Shown here piece after piece: positions 61,128 to 64,000 of a stretch of DNA of 64,000 nucleotides. Source of the DNA: Eledone cirrhosa (lineage: Eukaryota); NCBI GenBank assembly GCA_964016885.1, contig OZ024742.1, forward strand, positions 218,860,001 to 218,924,000, read 5' to 3'. Under the pieces are notes generated by a model, which saw only the letters and a program-made list of their open reading frames with translations, was not told the origin of the DNA and ran no database searches. Within the stretch, counting starts at the first letter, position 1, and every line of letters begins with the position of its first letter. The position numbers were made by a program, and so were the translations under genes.

Positions 61128-61608
61128 TGTACAGATTAAAGCTTAAGCAAAAATCACTGCTTTCACCCTTTCAGAAGATCCCTTAAAACGGTGAAAGCAG
61201 CGATTCTTAAACTTTAATCTGTACAAATAATAAATATTTGCTCTACGGGCTTATATATATATATACAAAACACAAAAACAGGATGGTGTAGGACAGAACA
61301 AATGAGTGCCACAAAATAAAAACTAGTCACTGTGACGAAAGTAGTTTGACAATATATAAACAACCACCCGGTTATCAAACCAGCCAACCGGAAATTCATA
61401 ATAAATTGAAGTGAAAACCGTCAGGTGCGTGTGTTTTTATGTGCAGCATGGCCCTCCCAAAGTATAACAATATCTATTTCAACACACGTTTTCAGATAAG
61501 AAATCTTACAAAACAAATTCAAAAACGAAATATATATATATTTATGTATATATATATATGTCCCAAGGCTCTGATACCATCAACACTGGCATATCTAAGA
61601 ACTGACTA

Positions 61609-61664
61609 ACTGCCTGATGAGGTCATAGCCATTCAATGGCTATCATCGAAATATATATAGCAGT
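61609..61664 (+). ncRNA. Type I hammerhead ribozyme
   Basis: actgc CTGATGA ggt-c-atagccat-tca-atggctat-c-atc GAAA tatata TA gcagt. Confidence 0.85.
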
Positions 61665-61856
61665 AAATAAAGGATTATGAGTTCATGCAATTGACTTATG
61701 TTTCATCACTATATATATATATATATATATATTCCTTCTCACCCATATTTTCATATATATGCTCTATCTCCTCCACCTTCATTTATGTCGTCATACCTTT
61801 TCCACACCCACCACTTATGCAAATAAAAACCATACTAAGAACCCTGATGATTAGTG

Positions 61857-61889
<33 letters not shown>

Positions 61890-62149
61890 TGGTCATCACA
61901 TCATTAACTCTATAAGCATTTGTAGACACATGTATAGCTGTGTGGAGATGAACTGTTCAAACAAGCACTATGAAACAAATACATTAGACCTCTGAACAAA
62001 AAATCAAACTTAACATAAATTATACAATGTGTATGAAATGAACAACTAACTCTAGAATAGATGAAGACATGATCAAACACCACATAAAACAGAACATAAA
62101 ATGTATTATACCAAACAATATACGAATACTTTTAACATACTAAACAAAT

Positions 62150-62490
62150 CAATAAAATAATAAGTCTTATCAATAGCAAACTACAAGCTTCTTAGCCAAT
62201 GAACAAGCTGCTACACTTGGAGAAAACCACCGCATTTACAAGTTCTTGGGCTCATACCCAACACTTTATTAACTGCAACTATCATCTGTACTATGACGGA
62301 TGCTTCCGTGTTTTGAAAAACACTCAAGAAGTCCCTAATTCTAAACTGCTGTTGAACTTTTTGTTCCTTTGCCAACAGAGTATCTCATCCGTTCATTCAC
62401 CTCTTAACTAGGATTGTTCTGAGAGTAGTAATCGTGTAGAGAATGCCACCACATACGCTAGCTAAGAGTTGAAACATCTGTACATCATTT
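62150..62490 (+). mobile_element. Highly decayed PLE endonuclease 3' end
   Basis: AHTQHFINC..Y..GCFRVL...LCQQ...VHS resembles PLE GIY-YIG C-termini; weak. Confidence 0.35.
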
Positions 62491-63190
62491 GATTATAGTA
62501 ACATACGTATGCACGACATATATATCACTCTCTGAATATCCATGGTTTAATATCTTGAGGCAAACAAGAGCAATGTGACCGGAAACTATTTCAATCACAG
62601 GTTTTGTATCAAAAAGTCTTCTATACCTTCCCAATAAAAGGATTTCCACAAGTGTGTAAGGGTTTAATTTTGGAGTTTCCTTTTCCACATTGTCTTACTG
62701 CACGTCCACATACAAAACTCGCCGTTTTTACGCATACATACACACGTAGAATGAAAGATGAACACACTGATAAACATACACACATGATCACATTCGTGGC
62801 AATAACCATTTAGTTAGGGCAGTGAGGACAACAAGTGACGGATAGATAGATAGATTCAGTGATAGACAGATAGACACACTAGCAGATAAATAAATAGATT
62901 AAAAATAGATAGATTAAAAGATAGATATATAGATAGATAAATAGATAGCTCGATAAATAGATATATGGATCGATAGATAGATAGAGAGATGAATGGATGG
63001 CTATCGGTGAGACCGCGAAAGCAATAGGCAGAAGCTTTTCCCGGGACCGTAAAATTTCAACATTGTTAACTACACGAACATACATATATAAACATACACA
63101 TAGACACACGCGCGCATACATGCATATACACGTACACAAATATAATTTCATAATTATATTAACCTGTCTTAACATTTCTTCGTATATATA

Positions 63191-63589
63191 TATATTAATA
63201 AGAGGAATTCCAACTTTGTCTGATTTACTCGTTTTATTTATTTTCAATCCTTTAAAATATATAATGGTATAATAATGAAATAGTATGATAGAATATTAAA
63301 TTCTAAGTGTTAATTGAACAAGTACTTTCATGCTTTCGCAATCTTCAGGTTCATAATATGTGGTGACAGTCAAGTTTGCAATTTTCAACTGTTGAAAATT
63401 GCAAACTTGACTGTCACCACATATTATGAACCTGAAGATTGCGAAAGCATGAAAGTACTTGTTCAATTAACACTTAGAATTTAATATTCTATCATACTAT
63501 TTCATTATTATACCATTATATATTTTAAAGGATTGAAAATAAATAAAACGAGTAAATCAGACAAAGTTGGAATTCCTCTTATTAATATA
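63191..63589. repeat. Perfect ~400-bp palindrome with a hammerhead on each arm
   Basis: Apex at 63390; tgaac CTGAAGA t-tgc-gaaa-gca-t GAAA gtac TT gttca at 63427-63465 (+) and 63315-63353 (-). Confidence 0.88.
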
Positions 63590-63829
63590 ATCTTCTATAC
63601 ACAATCATACACACCCGTGTATATTTACCTATCTCTATATATATATATACATATATAATATACACACACATACACACACACAAACATATATATATATATA
63701 TTGAAAACAGAAAAAATGAACATCGTGTTGCACAGGGATCAGTACATGTGAAGACACTGCCCTACTTTGCTGACATAAGCACAAGAGTTCAAATTACTGC
63801 TATATATATATATATATATATATATCTAG

Positions 63830-64000
63830 GACAGGTAAAATTCCCGAGATCCATGGACGAGTTCTCTCCAGCGGTCTCTGTCCCTCATTATCGCTGCCAT
63901 GTCCTGCGTCTCCAACAGACCAGTGTCTGTCCTTAGGGCAACAACATACGTTAACCTTGGTCTTCTTCTTCCAGTGTGTCCATGTAGGGGCTCCCACAGG
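63830..64000 (-). mobile_element. RTE-clade LINE 3' fragment
   Basis: Reverse complement of ~40567-40735. Confidence 0.85.

Overview
AT-rich eukaryotic, repeat-dominated window with dense (TA)n/(CA)n/(GA)n microsatellites and no recognisable host gene; the repeat repertoire suggests a mollusc, probably a cephalopod (inference). It contains one apparently intact Penelope-like retroelement (PLE; 819-aa RT + GIY-YIG ORF with DKT and CxCx5C motifs, Hydra-clade-like) with inverted and tandem pseudo-LTRs, a decayed Neptune-type PLE, four Tx1-like LINEs, RTE/CR1 fragments, SINEs, MITEs, a non-autonomous Helitron and a tRNA-Val(AAC)-like gene. The main unexplained structure is a set of unrelated non-coding 310-673 bp units. 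Each carries a type I hammerhead ribozyme (several with a U3-A8 variant core) and most sit in (TA)n with the same inverted-arm + tandem architecture as the PLE. Most termini of these units and of the PLE lie just upstream of a shared CTC...GAG hairpin. Separately, two divergent Tx1 LINEs have a consensus splice donor overlapping the ORF1 stop codon that could fuse ORF1 in frame to ORF2. All folds and alignments were done by eye.
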